Notes: generated by a model not told the origin, from the sequence alone. A DNA stretch of 24,000 bases from Spirochaetia bacterium (GCA_963668315.1 OY764216.1:2795407-2819406); one strand, 5' to 3'. Shown: positions 9,265 through 18,078, counted from the first letter of the stretch. Made by a program: numbers and translations.

Positions 9265-10323
9265 ATGAAATATACTGCCCTGCTTTTAACCCTTTCCCTA
9301 ATCTGGCTGACCACCGGCTGCGGGTACCTTTTTCTCGATGACCCGCAAAGTTCCGGGACGGATCTTTCCTCCGCCGGTCCCGAAGACTCTTCCGTTCCGA
9401 ACCATGTCATAGGGACGGGAACCCCGGAAAGCTGTACGGCCCGGGATTTTCTTGATGCCGTCGCGCAGGGGGGTGTCATCACCTTCAACGGGGGAACGGA
9501 ACCATTTACCCTTACCCTCGATTCTCAGGCCGAAGTTCACAATGACGGTCTTCCGGATGTGGTCATAGACGGAGGGGGACTTGTCACCCTCAGCGGAGGG
9601 GATACCACGAGAATCCTCTATATGAATACCTGCGATCCCCGGCTCACATGGACCACATCCCACGGTGATAATCAGGACCACCCCAGGCTCACCGTCCAGA
9701 ATCTCACCTTCGCCCATGGCAACTCCTCTGCAGACGAGGCGTACAGCGGGGGCGGGGCTATCTGGGCCCGGGGAGGACGTTTCAAGGCGGTGAACTGTAC
9801 CTTTGTCGGTAACAGGGCCGAATCGGAAGGGCCCGATACGGGGGGCGGGGCCATCAGGGTGTTCGACCAGTACGAGGATCTTCCCGTCTATATCAACGGC
9901 TGCACCTTCGGCGGGGGAGAGAACAAGGGGAACAGCGCCTCTAACGGCGGGGCCCTTTCAAGCATCGGGGTCTCCTGGACTATCATCGATTCCCTTTTCT
10001 CCTATAACCTTGCCACCGGGAGAGGCGGGAATCCCGCCGAAGAGGGCACTCCGGGCGGCGGGAGCGGCGGGGCCATATACAACGACGGCAACGAAATGAC
10101 ATTGACCATAAGGAATTCGATAATAGAAGAGAATAGCGTCAACGCCTACGGAAGCGCTCTGTTCTTTGTCTCCAACAACCATACGGGAAATATCGTTATT
10201 GAGTCGAGCCGTATTTCCTCCAATCACGGCGGCTCCTGGTATCCCAGGTACGAAGGGATTTCCATGCACAGCGACACCCCCCTTTCTGTGACCGATTCGG
10301 TGATAGAGAATAACAGAAACTGA
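9265..10323 (+). CDS. Secreted lipoprotein with parallel beta-helix / polymorphic-membrane-protein-like (GGAI) repeats
   Basis: ATG 9265 gives 'MKYTALLLTLSLIWLTTGC', a signal peptide plus a lipobox-like Cys. The track start at 9244 is a TTG. The motif 'GGGAI/GGAL/GGAIY' recurs four times, alternating with 'F.GN / FSYN / IEEN / ISSN' turns, which is typical of right-handed beta-helix (PbH1/PMP) repeats. Confidence 0.7.
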   Translation: MKYTALLLTLSLIWLTTGCGYLFLDDPQSSGTDLSSAGPEDSSVPNHVIGTGTPESCTARDFLDAVAQGGVITFNGGTEPFTLTLDSQAEVHNDGLPDVVIDGGGLVTLSGGDTTRILYMNTCDPRLTWTTSHGDNQDHPRLTVQNLTFAHGNSSADEAYSGGGAIWARGGRFKAVNCTFVGNRAESEGPDTGGGAIRVFDQYEDLPVYINGCTFGGGENKGNSASNGGALSSIGVSWTIIDSLFSYNLATGRGGNPAEEGTPGGGSGGAIYNDGNEMTLTIRNSIIEENSVNAYGSALFFVSNNHTGNIVIESSRISSNHGGSWYPRYEGISMHSDTPLSVTDSVIENNRN

Positions 10324-10394
10324 GTGTTTCCCCCTTCCCCCGGGGATTTGAAAAATACTCCTTTGCTGCTATTATTGTATGAAAAGGAGAACAT

Positions 10395-10697
10395 ATGATT
10401 TATCTGAGTGTGTCAATGATTATCAAAGAGGGAAGGATGGATGATTTTCTGGAAGTCTGCCGTGAAATCCGGCCTCTGGTCCTGGCCGAGGAGGGCTGTC
10501 TTATGTACGATCATACCCGTGATCTTGATGCGAACGGCGAAGACTACAACGAAAGGCGCATTACCCTTTATGAGAAATGGTCCGGTCAGGATGCCCTGGA
10601 TGCCCACCTTAAAACCGGTCATATGGCCCGGTTCTCCGAAGCTGTGGCGGATATGAGGGAAAAGGTGACCGTTCACAGAAGTACCGAAGCCTATTAG
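10395..10697 (+). CDS. ABM-fold (antibiotic biosynthesis monooxygenase / YgiN-like) small protein
   Basis: About 100 aa with a ferredoxin-like pattern: 'IKEGRMDDFLEVCREIRPLVLAEEGCLMY...ITLYEKWSGQDALDAHLKTGHMARF'. AAAAGGAG lies 5 nt upstream of the ATG. Confidence 0.7.
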   Translation: MIYLSVSMIIKEGRMDDFLEVCREIRPLVLAEEGCLMYDHTRDLDANGEDYNERRITLYEKWSGQDALDAHLKTGHMARFSEAVADMREKVTVHRSTEAY

Positions 10698-10757
10698 TCA
10701 CGGCGATAATCCGGCCACGCGACAGGTCATCCCCATAGAAGATCGTGATGAAATAAA

Positions 10758-10786
10758 TTGACATAATCCCTTATGTGAATAACAAT
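10758..10786 (+). promoter_or_regulatory. Candidate sigma-70-type promoter for the MCP gene (TTGACA - 17 nt - AACAAT)
   Basis: A perfect -35 hexamer sits at 10758-10763. After a 17-nt spacer there is a 4/6 -10 match at 10781-10786, about 30 nt upstream of ATG 10816. It is embedded in ACATAA/TTATGT repeats. Pattern match only. Confidence 0.3.
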
Positions 10787-10815
10787 TTACATAAATACCC
10801 CCGGGAGTTGGTGTC

Positions 10816-12921
10816 ATGATAACTAAACAGTTCGGATTAAGAATACAGATCGTTCTCGTCACATCCCTTCTGGTCGCTTTCATAGCCGGAAGCAGCGCCT
10901 ATAATATTATTAAGGCTAACCAGATGAGAAAGAGCTATCAGAATGTCATGGAGGGCGTCGTCGCCAGGAAATCCAATCTGCTCGCTCTGGATGCCGAATT
11001 GAACAGAACATTGCTTCTGGAACTGGAATTCAGCAGCAATCTGGATGACCGGTTCCATGAACTGGCCATGGACTCCTATGGCGAGAGCCGCAACATTCTG
11101 GCCCGGCTGGAAGAAATGGAGCGGAATTCTACCGGCTCCGGAGACCTGGAAAGGGTGAAATCCCTCGAGAATTACCTCTCCCGGATGGGTGAGCTTGTCG
11201 TTTCCATACGTGACAGAACCGTGACAAAGGGACTGACCCAGGATGTGGGATTGAGAGGGGCCTTCCGTGACGCCGCCCATGATCTGGAGGCCGTCATTGA
11301 GGAGCATAGCGATGATGCCATGATGGTGGCCTATCTTATGCTCAGGAGACATGAGAAGGACTATCTCCTCCGGCTCGATAAGAAGTATGTCGCAAAGAAT
11401 CATGATGCGGTGCTTGAGCTTGATCGCCTGATAGAGAGCAGGTACGGTTCGTCAGGAATCAGCCTCTCCCTCCGGAATATCCTGGAACAGTACCAGACGG
11501 ATTTCGGAAAACTGATTCAGATTAATGACGAGCTGATGGAGCTGAATGATCAGAGGGATACTCTTCTTGTCGATATAGAAAGGGAGATAGACTCCTTTCT
11601 GGAAGATGTGGAGAATCAGCAGAATCTCGAATTCAGTTTTATCCTGGAAAATATATCCCGGACCCGGCTCCTCACCCTCCTCGTTTCGGGACTGGCTGTG
11701 CTGGCGGCCCTTTTCATGACTCTGGCTCTGGTCCTGCGCATCAGCAGGCCTATGACGCTGGCCCTTGAGAGTGCCGACTGCCTGGCGCGGGGGGATTTGA
11801 CCCATGAAGGGAGCTACAGGCGAAACGATGAGATGGGGGATATCATCGGAGCTATCAACTCCGCCTCCCAGGCCCTTGCCGTCCTCATGAGGGAATCGGT
11901 TTCCGTTGTCCGGGAAGGCAGGAAAACCAGCGAGTATCTGGCTTCGGGCAGCGAAGAGACCCAGACGGCCATTGTGGAAATTCAGGCCAATCTCTCTTCC
12001 CTGAAGGACATGGGGGTGACCCTTTCCGAGATAAGCGGTAAGACCCTGGGGGCCACGGAGAAAATCAACGGCGGCGTCAATCAGCTTGATGCCATGATCG
12101 ACAGCCTCAGTTCCGGGATCGGGGACACGACATCCGCCATTGAGCAGATGATCGCCAATATCAGAAATGTCAGCGATATCTCAGGTAAGAAGGAGTCAAC
12201 CATCACGGAACTGCTGGAAACTGCCCGGGCAAGCGGGGAGGATATCAGAAGAACGGGGGTTCTGACGGAGGAAATATCCGGCCTCGCCCAGGAGATAAGC
12301 AAAATAATCGGTGTCATCAACGGAATTGCCGCACGGACAAATCTTCTGGCCATGAACGCGGCAATCGAAGCGGCCCATGCCGGCAATGCCGGGCGGGGAT
12401 TCGCCGTTGTGGCCGATGAAATCCGCAAACTGGCTGAATCGTCGGGAACAAATGCGTCTCAGATCGGCCAGATGCTGGGGAATATCACAGACCGGATCGG
12501 CCTGGTCGCCCGCTCCTCCCAAAGCAGTACGGCCGGTTTCGACCGCATTGTGGACGCCATTCAGAGTTTTACCTACTCCTTTTCAGAGATAGTCGGCTCC
12601 ATGGATGAAATGGCGGCCGGTTCGACCCATGTCCTTGAAGCATCACAGCATATGAAGGATGAGCTCGAAGCGGTTTCAGGCATGGCCGGCGAAATCTCCG
12701 GGGAGACCGGAGCCATACATACCGAATCGGAAAATATGAACGGGCAGATACTCAGTCTGGCCCGGGGAATTGAAGAGATATCCCTGGCTCTCACAGATAT
12801 AATGAACAGCTCCCGTACCGTGGCCGACTCCGCCAGGGACAGCAGGGAGCAGATGGAAAAGCTTCATGGAAAGATTCTCCACTTCAGGATCGATGAAGAG
12901 TCTTCCCGGGACGACCTTTAA
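10816..12921 (+). CDS. Methyl-accepting chemotaxis protein (TM1 - ~250-aa helical periplasmic sensor - TM2 - HAMP - MA signalling domain)
   Basis: TM1 is '[19 protein letters not shown]' and TM2 is '[23 protein letters not shown]'. HAMP motif '[21 protein letters not shown]'. The canonical hairpin tip is '[38 protein letters not shown]'. Confidence 0.92.
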   Translation: MITKQFGLRIQIVLVTSLLVAFIAGSSAYNIIKANQMRKSYQNVMEGVVARKSNLLALDAELNRTLLLELEFSSNLDDRFHELAMDSYGESRNILARLEEMERNSTGSGDLERVKSLENYLSRMGELVVSIRDRTVTKGLTQDVGLRGAFRDAAHDLEAVIEEHSDDAMMVAYLMLRRHEKDYLLRLDKKYVAKNHDAVLELDRLIESRYGSSGISLSLRNILEQYQTDFGKLIQINDELMELNDQRDTLLVDIEREIDSFLEDVENQQNLEFSFILENISRTRLLTLLVSGLAVLAALFMTLALVLRISRPMTLALESADCLARGDLTHEGSYRRNDEMGDIIGAINSASQALAVLMRESVSVVREGRKTSEYLASGSEETQTAIVEIQANLSSLKDMGVTLSEISGKTLGATEKINGGVNQLDAMIDSLSSGIGDTTSAIEQMIANIRNVSDISGKKESTITELLETARASGEDIRRTGVLTEEISGLAQEISKIIGVINGIAARTNLLAMNAAIEAAHAGNAGRGFAVVADEIRKLAESSGTNASQIGQMLGNITDRIGLVARSSQSSTAGFDRIVDAIQSFTYSFSEIVGSMDEMAAGSTHVLEASQHMKDELEAVSGMAGEISGETGAIHTESENMNGQILSLARGIEEISLALTDIMNSSRTVADSARDSREQMEKLHGKILHFRIDEESSRDDL

Positions 12922-12924
12922 GAG

Positions 12925-12979
12925 CCGGGAGCAACTTACGCGTTCTTGATATCCTCAAAGCCTCCCGGTTTTTCTTTTT
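12925..12979 (+). terminator. Possible intrinsic terminator after the MCP gene
   Basis: CCGGGAG (12925-12931) pairs with CTCCCGG (12962-12968) and is followed by TTTTTCTTTTT. The 30-nt loop is unusually long, so confidence is low. Confidence 0.3.
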
Positions 12980-13034
12980 CCCCTGGCAGATGTGACATTC
13001 TGTGCATTATTTTGATAAGTGGGGTATAAAAAAT

Positions 13035-13063
13035 TTGCAATTACTCTTCCCGTAAACAATACT
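13035..13063 (+). promoter_or_regulatory. Candidate sigma-70-type promoter for the stressosome operon (TTGCAA - 17 nt - AATACT)
   Basis: The -35-like hexamer is at 13035-13040, followed by a 17-nt spacer and a -10-like hexamer at 13058-13063. It lies about 100 nt upstream of the rsbR ATG. Pattern match only. Confidence 0.3.
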
Positions 13064-13071
13064 TTAATAGG

Positions 13072-13099
13072 GATATCTTTGTTCGCAAATGATATCTTT
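13072..13099 (+). promoter_or_regulatory. GATATCTTT direct repeat / imperfect inverted repeat with a TTCG loop in the rsbR leader
   Basis: GATATCTTT occurs at 13072-13080 and 13091-13099. GATATCTTTG (13072-13081) and CAAATGATATC (13086-13096) are reverse complements apart from one bulged nucleotide, and they flank TTCG. The element lies just downstream of the candidate -10. Confidence 0.3.
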
Positions 13100-13161
13100 C
13101 CGTGATTGAAAACTTATCATTCCGGCAGATGGCGGAAAAAGTCATTTAGGAGTTGAGTTGT

Positions 13162-13962
13162 ATGGAAAAAAGAGGACATGCCGATTTAGGCGATGAACAG
13201 TCGTCGATAGTCTTGAATCAGATTCCCACGCCGGTAATGGCCGTGGACAGGGATATGAATATCATTTTTCTGAATAATTCCGGATGCCGGTTCCTGGGGA
13301 AAAAATGGGAAGAGGTAAGGGGCTGCAAATGCTACGATATCGCCCGTACTGAACACTGCAATACGAAGAACTGCCGGATGACTCAGGTCATGGAGGGAGG
13401 GGAGTCGCTTACCGTGAGGAACTCCCTCAGCATAAACGGCCAGATGGTCCCCGTGGAATATACCACCGATGCCCTGAAGGATGAGGAGGGGCATATCATC
13501 GGCGGACTTGAATACATAATCGATATCACGGAGAAAGTCCGGCAGGAGAAAAAACTGAAGGAGCAGAGCCGTACGATTCTGGAGATATCCACACCCGTCA
13601 TCAAACTATGGGAAAAAATCCTTATTCTGCCCATCGTAGGGGTGGTCGACTCTTTCCGGGCCCAGCAGATGATGGATTCCATGCTCACCAAGCTCAAGGA
13701 TACCGGTTCCAAAATAATCATACTTGATATTCAGGGCGTGGCTGCCGTAGACACAGCTGTCGCGAATCATCTGATAAAAATCGCCAAGGCGACCCGCCTG
13801 ATGGGCTGCCGTTGCATCATCTCGGGAATATCCCCTTCCGTCGCTCAGACCCTGGTGCAGCTGGGAATAGATATGGGTTCCATAATAACCAATTCCGACC
13901 TGCAGGAAGCCCTTGCCGATGCTTTCCAGATGCTCCATTACCGTGTGAGTAAGAGTGAATAA
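13162..13962 (+). CDS. rsbR: Stressosome sensor RsbR-type protein: N-terminal Cys-cluster PAS domain plus C-terminal STAS domain
   Basis: AGGAG lies 9 nt upstream of ATG 13162; the track start at 13153 is a TTG abutting the RBS. The C-terminus, 'LWEKILILPIVGVVDSFRAQQMMDSML...IILDIQGVAAVDTAVANHLIKIAKATRLMGCRCIISGISPSVAQTLVQLGIDM', matches the RsbR-family STAS domain and includes both Thr phospho-acceptor contexts (VDT, AQT). The N-terminal PAS carries 'GCKCYDIARTEHCNTKNC'. Confidence 0.85.
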   Translation: MEKRGHADLGDEQSSIVLNQIPTPVMAVDRDMNIIFLNNSGCRFLGKKWEEVRGCKCYDIARTEHCNTKNCRMTQVMEGGESLTVRNSLSINGQMVPVEYTTDALKDEEGHIIGGLEYIIDITEKVRQEKKLKEQSRTILEISTPVIKLWEKILILPIVGVVDSFRAQQMMDSMLTKLKDTGSKIIILDIQGVAAVDTAVANHLIKIAKATRLMGCRCIISGISPSVAQTLVQLGIDMGSIITNSDLQEALADAFQMLHYRVSKSE

Positions 13963-14369
13963 TGGCTTCGTCCCTTTCCTCCGGTCCCCATGATGATTAC
14001 TCATCCTGCGGTATCTATGAGATGGACGGCTGCATGATCGTCCCTGTCCCGGGATTTATTCACCGCTCCCTTGTCGATGAGCTTAAAGCGCGGGTTCTGT
14101 CAGGTATAGATAAACAGCCGGTAAGGGGCATTATCATGGATATGTCTGCGGTCCCGGTGCTGGAGGGGCTTCTCTTCTCTCTTTTTTATGAGATGGTGAA
14201 AATGATAGAGCTCATGGGTGTCAGAACGGTCTTTGTGGGATTTCAGCCCGGAGTGGCAGTGACCCTTGTTGATCTGGATGTGGATATCCACGATATAGTT
14301 ACCGCCTTCGATCTTAAAGACGGAATGTCCCTGCTGGATGACCTGTCAGCGGAGATCTTTCATGAATGA
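13962..14369 (+). CDS. rsbS: Stressosome scaffold RsbS-type single STAS-domain protein
   Basis: The ATG overlaps the rsbR stop (TAATG). The STAS pattern 'GIIMDMSAVPVLEGLLFSLFYEMVKMIELMGVRTVFVGFQPGVAVTLVDLDVD' parallels B. subtilis RsbS ('...[23 protein letters not shown]'). The true start could be the internal Met at 'MDGCMIVPV'. Confidence 0.8.
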   Translation: MASSLSSGPHDDYSSCGIYEMDGCMIVPVPGFIHRSLVDELKARVLSGIDKQPVRGIIMDMSAVPVLEGLLFSLFYEMVKMIELMGVRTVFVGFQPGVAVTLVDLDVDIHDIVTAFDLKDGMSLLDDLSAEIFHE

Positions 14370-14778
14370 TCGGGAGCCCCGGGAACAATCCGTCGCCATA
14401 GACTGGCCCGGAGACAATGCCCATGCGGTCGTGGTGGCCAGAAAGGTTGCCGGAGACCTGGGGTTTCAGGCCGTTCCGGTAACCCTGATCGCTACGGCCG
14501 TATCGGAGCTGACGACAAACATCATAAAATATGCCGGTAGGGGCATCATACACCTCCGTCCTATCCGCGAAAACGGAAGGACGGGAATTGAAATCTCCGC
14601 AGAAGATTCCGGGCCGGGCATACCCGATCCTGAAAGTGCCATGAGGGAACAGTTTTCCACCGGGGGCAGTCTGGGACTGGGAATCCCGGCGGTGAAGAGA
14701 ATCATGGACTCCTTTGAACTGACTACGATTGTCGGCAAGGGGACCTGCGTCACCGTTCGAAAGTGGAGAGAGGACTGA
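14362..14778 (+). CDS. rsbT: RsbT-type serine/threonine switch kinase (GHKL ATPase fold)
   Basis: 'MND...' N-terminus as in B. subtilis RsbT. N-box 'AVSELTTNIIKYA', 'ISAEDSGPGIPD', 'STGGSLGLGIPAVKRIMDSFEL...GKGTCVTVRKW'. ATG 14362 overlaps the rsbS stop by 8 nt. An upstream ATG at 14338 is also in frame. Confidence 0.85.
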   Translation: MNDREPREQSVAIDWPGDNAHAVVVARKVAGDLGFQAVPVTLIATAVSELTTNIIKYAGRGIIHLRPIRENGRTGIEISAEDSGPGIPDPESAMREQFSTGGSLGLGIPAVKRIMDSFELTTIVGKGTCVTVRKWRED

Positions 14779-15365
14779 TGGACGCCGTTGATTACGCCCT
14801 GAGAAAGGAGGCTTTCATCGGCGGCGACGATGAATGCGGCGATACGGGGGTTATCCGGGAATATGAGGATAAGCTGCTTCTTGCTCTGGTTGACGGTCTC
14901 GGCCATGGAGCAAAAGCCCACAGGGCGGCGGTCCTGGTGGAAGAGTACCTGGAAGAGCATTACCGTGAATCCCTGGAGAGCCTGCTCCTGGGCCTTCATG
15001 ATAACCTGAAGGGATCGGTGGGTGCCGTCGCGGGTATCGGTCGCTTCCATCGTGATACGGGGGAGTTCAGCTACTGCGGCATAGGAAATATCCTGGTACG
15101 TCTCTATGGCAGTTTCGGCCGAACCTTTGTCTCCCGGGATGGTGTCCTGGGATTTAATATGCCCTCTCCCCGTACGGAGACCGTCCTCCTGGAAAGGGGG
15201 GATATCCTGGTCTTCACATCCGACGGCCTGTCCAGTCATATCAGCCGGGACGGGTATCAGAATCTTCTGAGGGGAACGGCGGGAGAGATTGCCGATCGTT
15301 TTATGGAAAAATTCAGAAGGGAAGATGATGCCTCCTGCCTGGTTCTGAGGTATATGCCATGGTAA
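14778..15365 (+). CDS. rsbX: RsbX-type PP2C-family feedback phosphatase
   Basis: The ATG overlaps the rsbT stop (TGATG). Motifs parallel B. subtilis RsbX: 'CGDTGVI' (CGDSFF), 'LVDGLGHG' (VADGLGSG), 'FSYCGIGNI' (FTYCSVGNV), 'VFTSDGL' (IIHTDGL), 'DDASCLVL' (DDLTYIL). About 195 aa. Confidence 0.8.
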   Translation: MDAVDYALRKEAFIGGDDECGDTGVIREYEDKLLLALVDGLGHGAKAHRAAVLVEEYLEEHYRESLESLLLGLHDNLKGSVGAVAGIGRFHRDTGEFSYCGIGNILVRLYGSFGRTFVSRDGVLGFNMPSPRTETVLLERGDILVFTSDGLSSHISRDGYQNLLRGTAGEIADRFMEKFRREDDASCLVLRYMPW

Positions 15366-18064
15366 ACCTGGGCCAGATCCTTCCCGAGTCTTGCAGAAAG
15401 AAGTATAAATTCGGTCATTTCATTATCAATCTGGCCATGGATTACGGTTTTTCCGATATTCAGGCAACCCAGTGGGCGGCTTACTCTTCGGAACTGGTAA
15501 AAACGGGAAGGGATGAATATTTGGTGACACCCGTTACCATCTTCCTTGAGGACAGACATGGACAGGCCCATCTGGGAATAACGTTGAGAGAGCTGGATCT
15601 GGTTGATAGGCATCATCCCTATCTCGCCTTTTTTGACGAGTCTTTTGCCCGGGAGGAGGGGGGAACTCTCTCTCTGACCCTTTTGAAGAAGCTGCCCGAT
15701 CCCACTGTGATGGGGGATTCGGACCTGATAGGAAAATGGCAGGGACGTTTTTCCGAGCCGACAAAGGATTCCCTTTTCAGAATACTGCAGAAACAGAATC
15801 TTGAACTGGAAAAAGCGAAGGAAGAGGCCGAGGCCGCCACTAAGGCCAAGGGGGACTTTCTGGCTAACATGAGCCATGAAATAAGAACCCCCATGAATGC
15901 CATAATCGGCCTGAATTCCCTTTTGGCCAAAACGGATTTGAATAAAAAGCAGCTGGACTATGTTAACAAGATCAGCCATTCGGCCCTGAGCCTTCTGGGA
16001 ATTATCAATGATATCCTTGATTTTTCCAAGATTGAAGCGGGGAAAATGGCCATAGAGAAGACGCCCTTTCAGCTTAATGAAGTTCTCGATAACCTCTCCA
16101 GTCTGGTGGGAGAGAAAGTATGCGGGAAGGACCTGGAGCTGGTTTTCAACTATGATATGGAAATTCCCCATACGCTGATAGGCGATCCCCTTCGTCTGGG
16201 GCAGATCCTTCTGAATCTTACCAATAACGCGGTGAAATTTACCGAAAAGGGTGAGATCGTTGTTTCCGCCGCCCTGGTGGAGAAGAGTGAAAGGGACGTA
16301 ACGATTCTTTTTAAAGTCACCGATACGGGAATCGGCCTGACCCGGGAGCAGAGTGATAGGCTTTTCCAGTCCTTTTCACAGGCGGATACGTCCACGACAA
16401 GAAAATACGGGGGAACTGGTCTGGGACTGGCGATCAGCAAGAATTTGTCCGAACTGATGGGCGGTTCCATCGGCGTGGAGAGCGAATACGGAAAGGGGAG
16501 CACGTTCTATTTCACCACAATTATGGGGATAGGAAGGGAAAAGGTCTGCCGTATTCCTCCCCGGGAGCTGAAGGGGCTTAATGTTCTCGTCGTGGATGAT
16601 AACGAGACAGCCCGTGATGTGCTCTGCGCCTATCTGGAGGATTTTTCCTTCCATGTGAATGCCGTCAGGAACGGAGAACAGGCATGCCGTGAGATTATTA
16701 CGGCGAAAGCGGCTGAAGGGAAGGAGTACGACCTGGTGCTGATGGACTATAAAATGCCCGGAATAAACGGTATCGAAACGGCCCTGAAAATCCGTACGGA
16801 ACTGGAGAATATCAGAGACCCGAAGATTATCATGGTTACCGGCATGGGCAGGGAAGAGATTATTTGGAAGGCCGATGAAATCTCCCTGGACGGCTTTCTC
16901 ATCAAACCCGTCAGTCCGTCCATGCTGTTTGATACCATCATGGATGTTTTCGGCAGAAAAATTCAGGTCTTCTCTAACCTCCGTGAGGAGAGAGAGGCTA
17001 AACCTGAGGGTTTTGAGGGAATACGGGGCGCCCGCATACTGCTGACAGAGGATAACGATATCAATCAGCAGGTGGCAGGAGAGACCCTGGAGCAGGAGGG
17101 CTTCATTGTCGATTTTGCCGATAACGGGCAGGAAGCGGTGGATAAAGCGTCTCTGACCCCATATGACTGCATTCTCATGGATCTCCAGATGCCCGTTCTT
17201 GACGGATACCAGGCAACGGCGAAAATACGGGAGAAAGCATCCTTTGGGGATCTTCCGATTATCGCGATGACTGCCGATGCCATGGTGGGGGTGAAGGAGC
17301 GGACACTGAAAGCGGGAATGAATGACTATGTCACCAAGCCCTTTAATCCCTCGGAGCTCTGGAGGGCCCTCGTGAGGTGGATTCCCCAGGGAGACCGGAC
17401 GGTGCCAGTAAGGAAAAACAGGGAAGGAGCAGGCTCCGCCGATGGGGGGGGAAGTCTTCTCTCCACCCTGGCCGTCGAGGGACTGAACAGCGAGGCTGGT
17501 CTGAGGCGGCTGAACGGAAACGGGACGCTATATCTCAGTCTTCTTCGTAAATTCATCAGGGATTTCTTATCTTCCCCCGCTGACATAAGGGAGCGGCTCT
17601 CCCGGGGAGACGGTAAGGGCGCCGAGAGAATAGCCCATACGGTCAAAGGCGCGGCGGGGAACATCGGTGCCGAGGATGTGCAGAATCGGGCGGCAGAACT
17701 GGATCGGGTTTTGAAGAAGGAGGGGGCGGTTCCCGAGGCTTTACTCCTTGACAATCTTGAAAAAGCCCTGGAGCTTCTGGGCGAGTCACTGGAAAAAAGC
17801 GGCCTGGTCGGGGAAGAGGAAATCCCCGCTGAGACGTCGGGCAGGACGATCTCCCGGGATGAGGCCCGTACACTTCTTGAGGAGCTTCGGGAGATCATCA
17901 AGACAAGGCAGCCGAAGCGGTGTGCGGCGTTTCTGGACAAATGGGACAGCCGGCATTTCCCGGAGGACTGCCGAGAGGATATGCAGGAACTATATGCCAT
18001 TATCAGCGGGTATCGGTTCCGGGACGCCGGCCGGCTTGTGTCGGAGATCCTGGAGCGGTTTTAA
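15359..18064 (+). CDS. Cytoplasmic hybrid histidine kinase: unassigned ~150-aa N-terminal domain - coiled coil - HisKA - HATPase_c - REC - REC - HPt
   Basis: The ATG overlaps the rsbX stop by 7 nt. No hydrophobic TM segment is visible. H-box '[14 protein letters not shown]', N-box '[11 protein letters not shown]', G-boxes 'DTGIGL' and '[11 protein letters not shown]'. REC1 is 'VLVVDDN...[10 protein letters not shown]...LIKPV' and REC2 is 'ILLTEDN...[10 protein letters not shown]...YVTKPF'. HPt motif '[13 protein letters not shown]'. Confidence 0.9.
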   Translation: MVNLGQILPESCRKKYKFGHFIINLAMDYGFSDIQATQWAAYSSELVKTGRDEYLVTPVTIFLEDRHGQAHLGITLRELDLVDRHHPYLAFFDESFAREEGGTLSLTLLKKLPDPTVMGDSDLIGKWQGRFSEPTKDSLFRILQKQNLELEKAKEEAEAATKAKGDFLANMSHEIRTPMNAIIGLNSLLAKTDLNKKQLDYVNKISHSALSLLGIINDILDFSKIEAGKMAIEKTPFQLNEVLDNLSSLVGEKVCGKDLELVFNYDMEIPHTLIGDPLRLGQILLNLTNNAVKFTEKGEIVVSAALVEKSERDVTILFKVTDTGIGLTREQSDRLFQSFSQADTSTTRKYGGTGLGLAISKNLSELMGGSIGVESEYGKGSTFYFTTIMGIGREKVCRIPPRELKGLNVLVVDDNETARDVLCAYLEDFSFHVNAVRNGEQACREIITAKAAEGKEYDLVLMDYKMPGINGIETALKIRTELENIRDPKIIMVTGMGREEIIWKADEISLDGFLIKPVSPSMLFDTIMDVFGRKIQVFSNLREEREAKPEGFEGIRGARILLTEDNDINQQVAGETLEQEGFIVDFADNGQEAVDKASLTPYDCILMDLQMPVLDGYQATAKIREKASFGDLPIIAMTADAMVGVKERTLKAGMNDYVTKPFNPSELWRALVRWIPQGDRTVPVRKNREGAGSADGGGSLLSTLAVEGLNSEAGLRRLNGNGTLYLSLLRKFIRDFLSSPADIRERLSRGDGKGAERIAHTVKGAAGNIGAEDVQNRAAELDRVLKKEGAVPEALLLDNLEKALELLGESLEKSGLVGEEEIPAETSGRTISRDEARTLLEELREIIKTRQPKRCAAFLDKWDSRHFPEDCREDMQELYAIISGYRFRDAGRLVSEILERF

Positions 18065-18078
18065 TTCTGTCCGTTCAG

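Noticed and set aside
13162-15365. Reading rsbRSTX as evidence of a sigma-B general stress regulon.
   Set aside because: No sigma factor, anti-sigma factor (RsbW), antagonist (RsbV) or RsbU phosphatase is present in the window. The operon continues directly into a kinase, so a sigma-B-type output is not supported here, though it cannot be excluded elsewhere in the genome.
15257-18000. Long minus-strand ORFs at 15257-16171 (304 aa), 17326-18000 (224 aa) and several shorter ones.
   Set aside because: All are antisense to the hybrid kinase. The 224-aa product is Ser/Arg low-complexity. No RBS or motif supports them.
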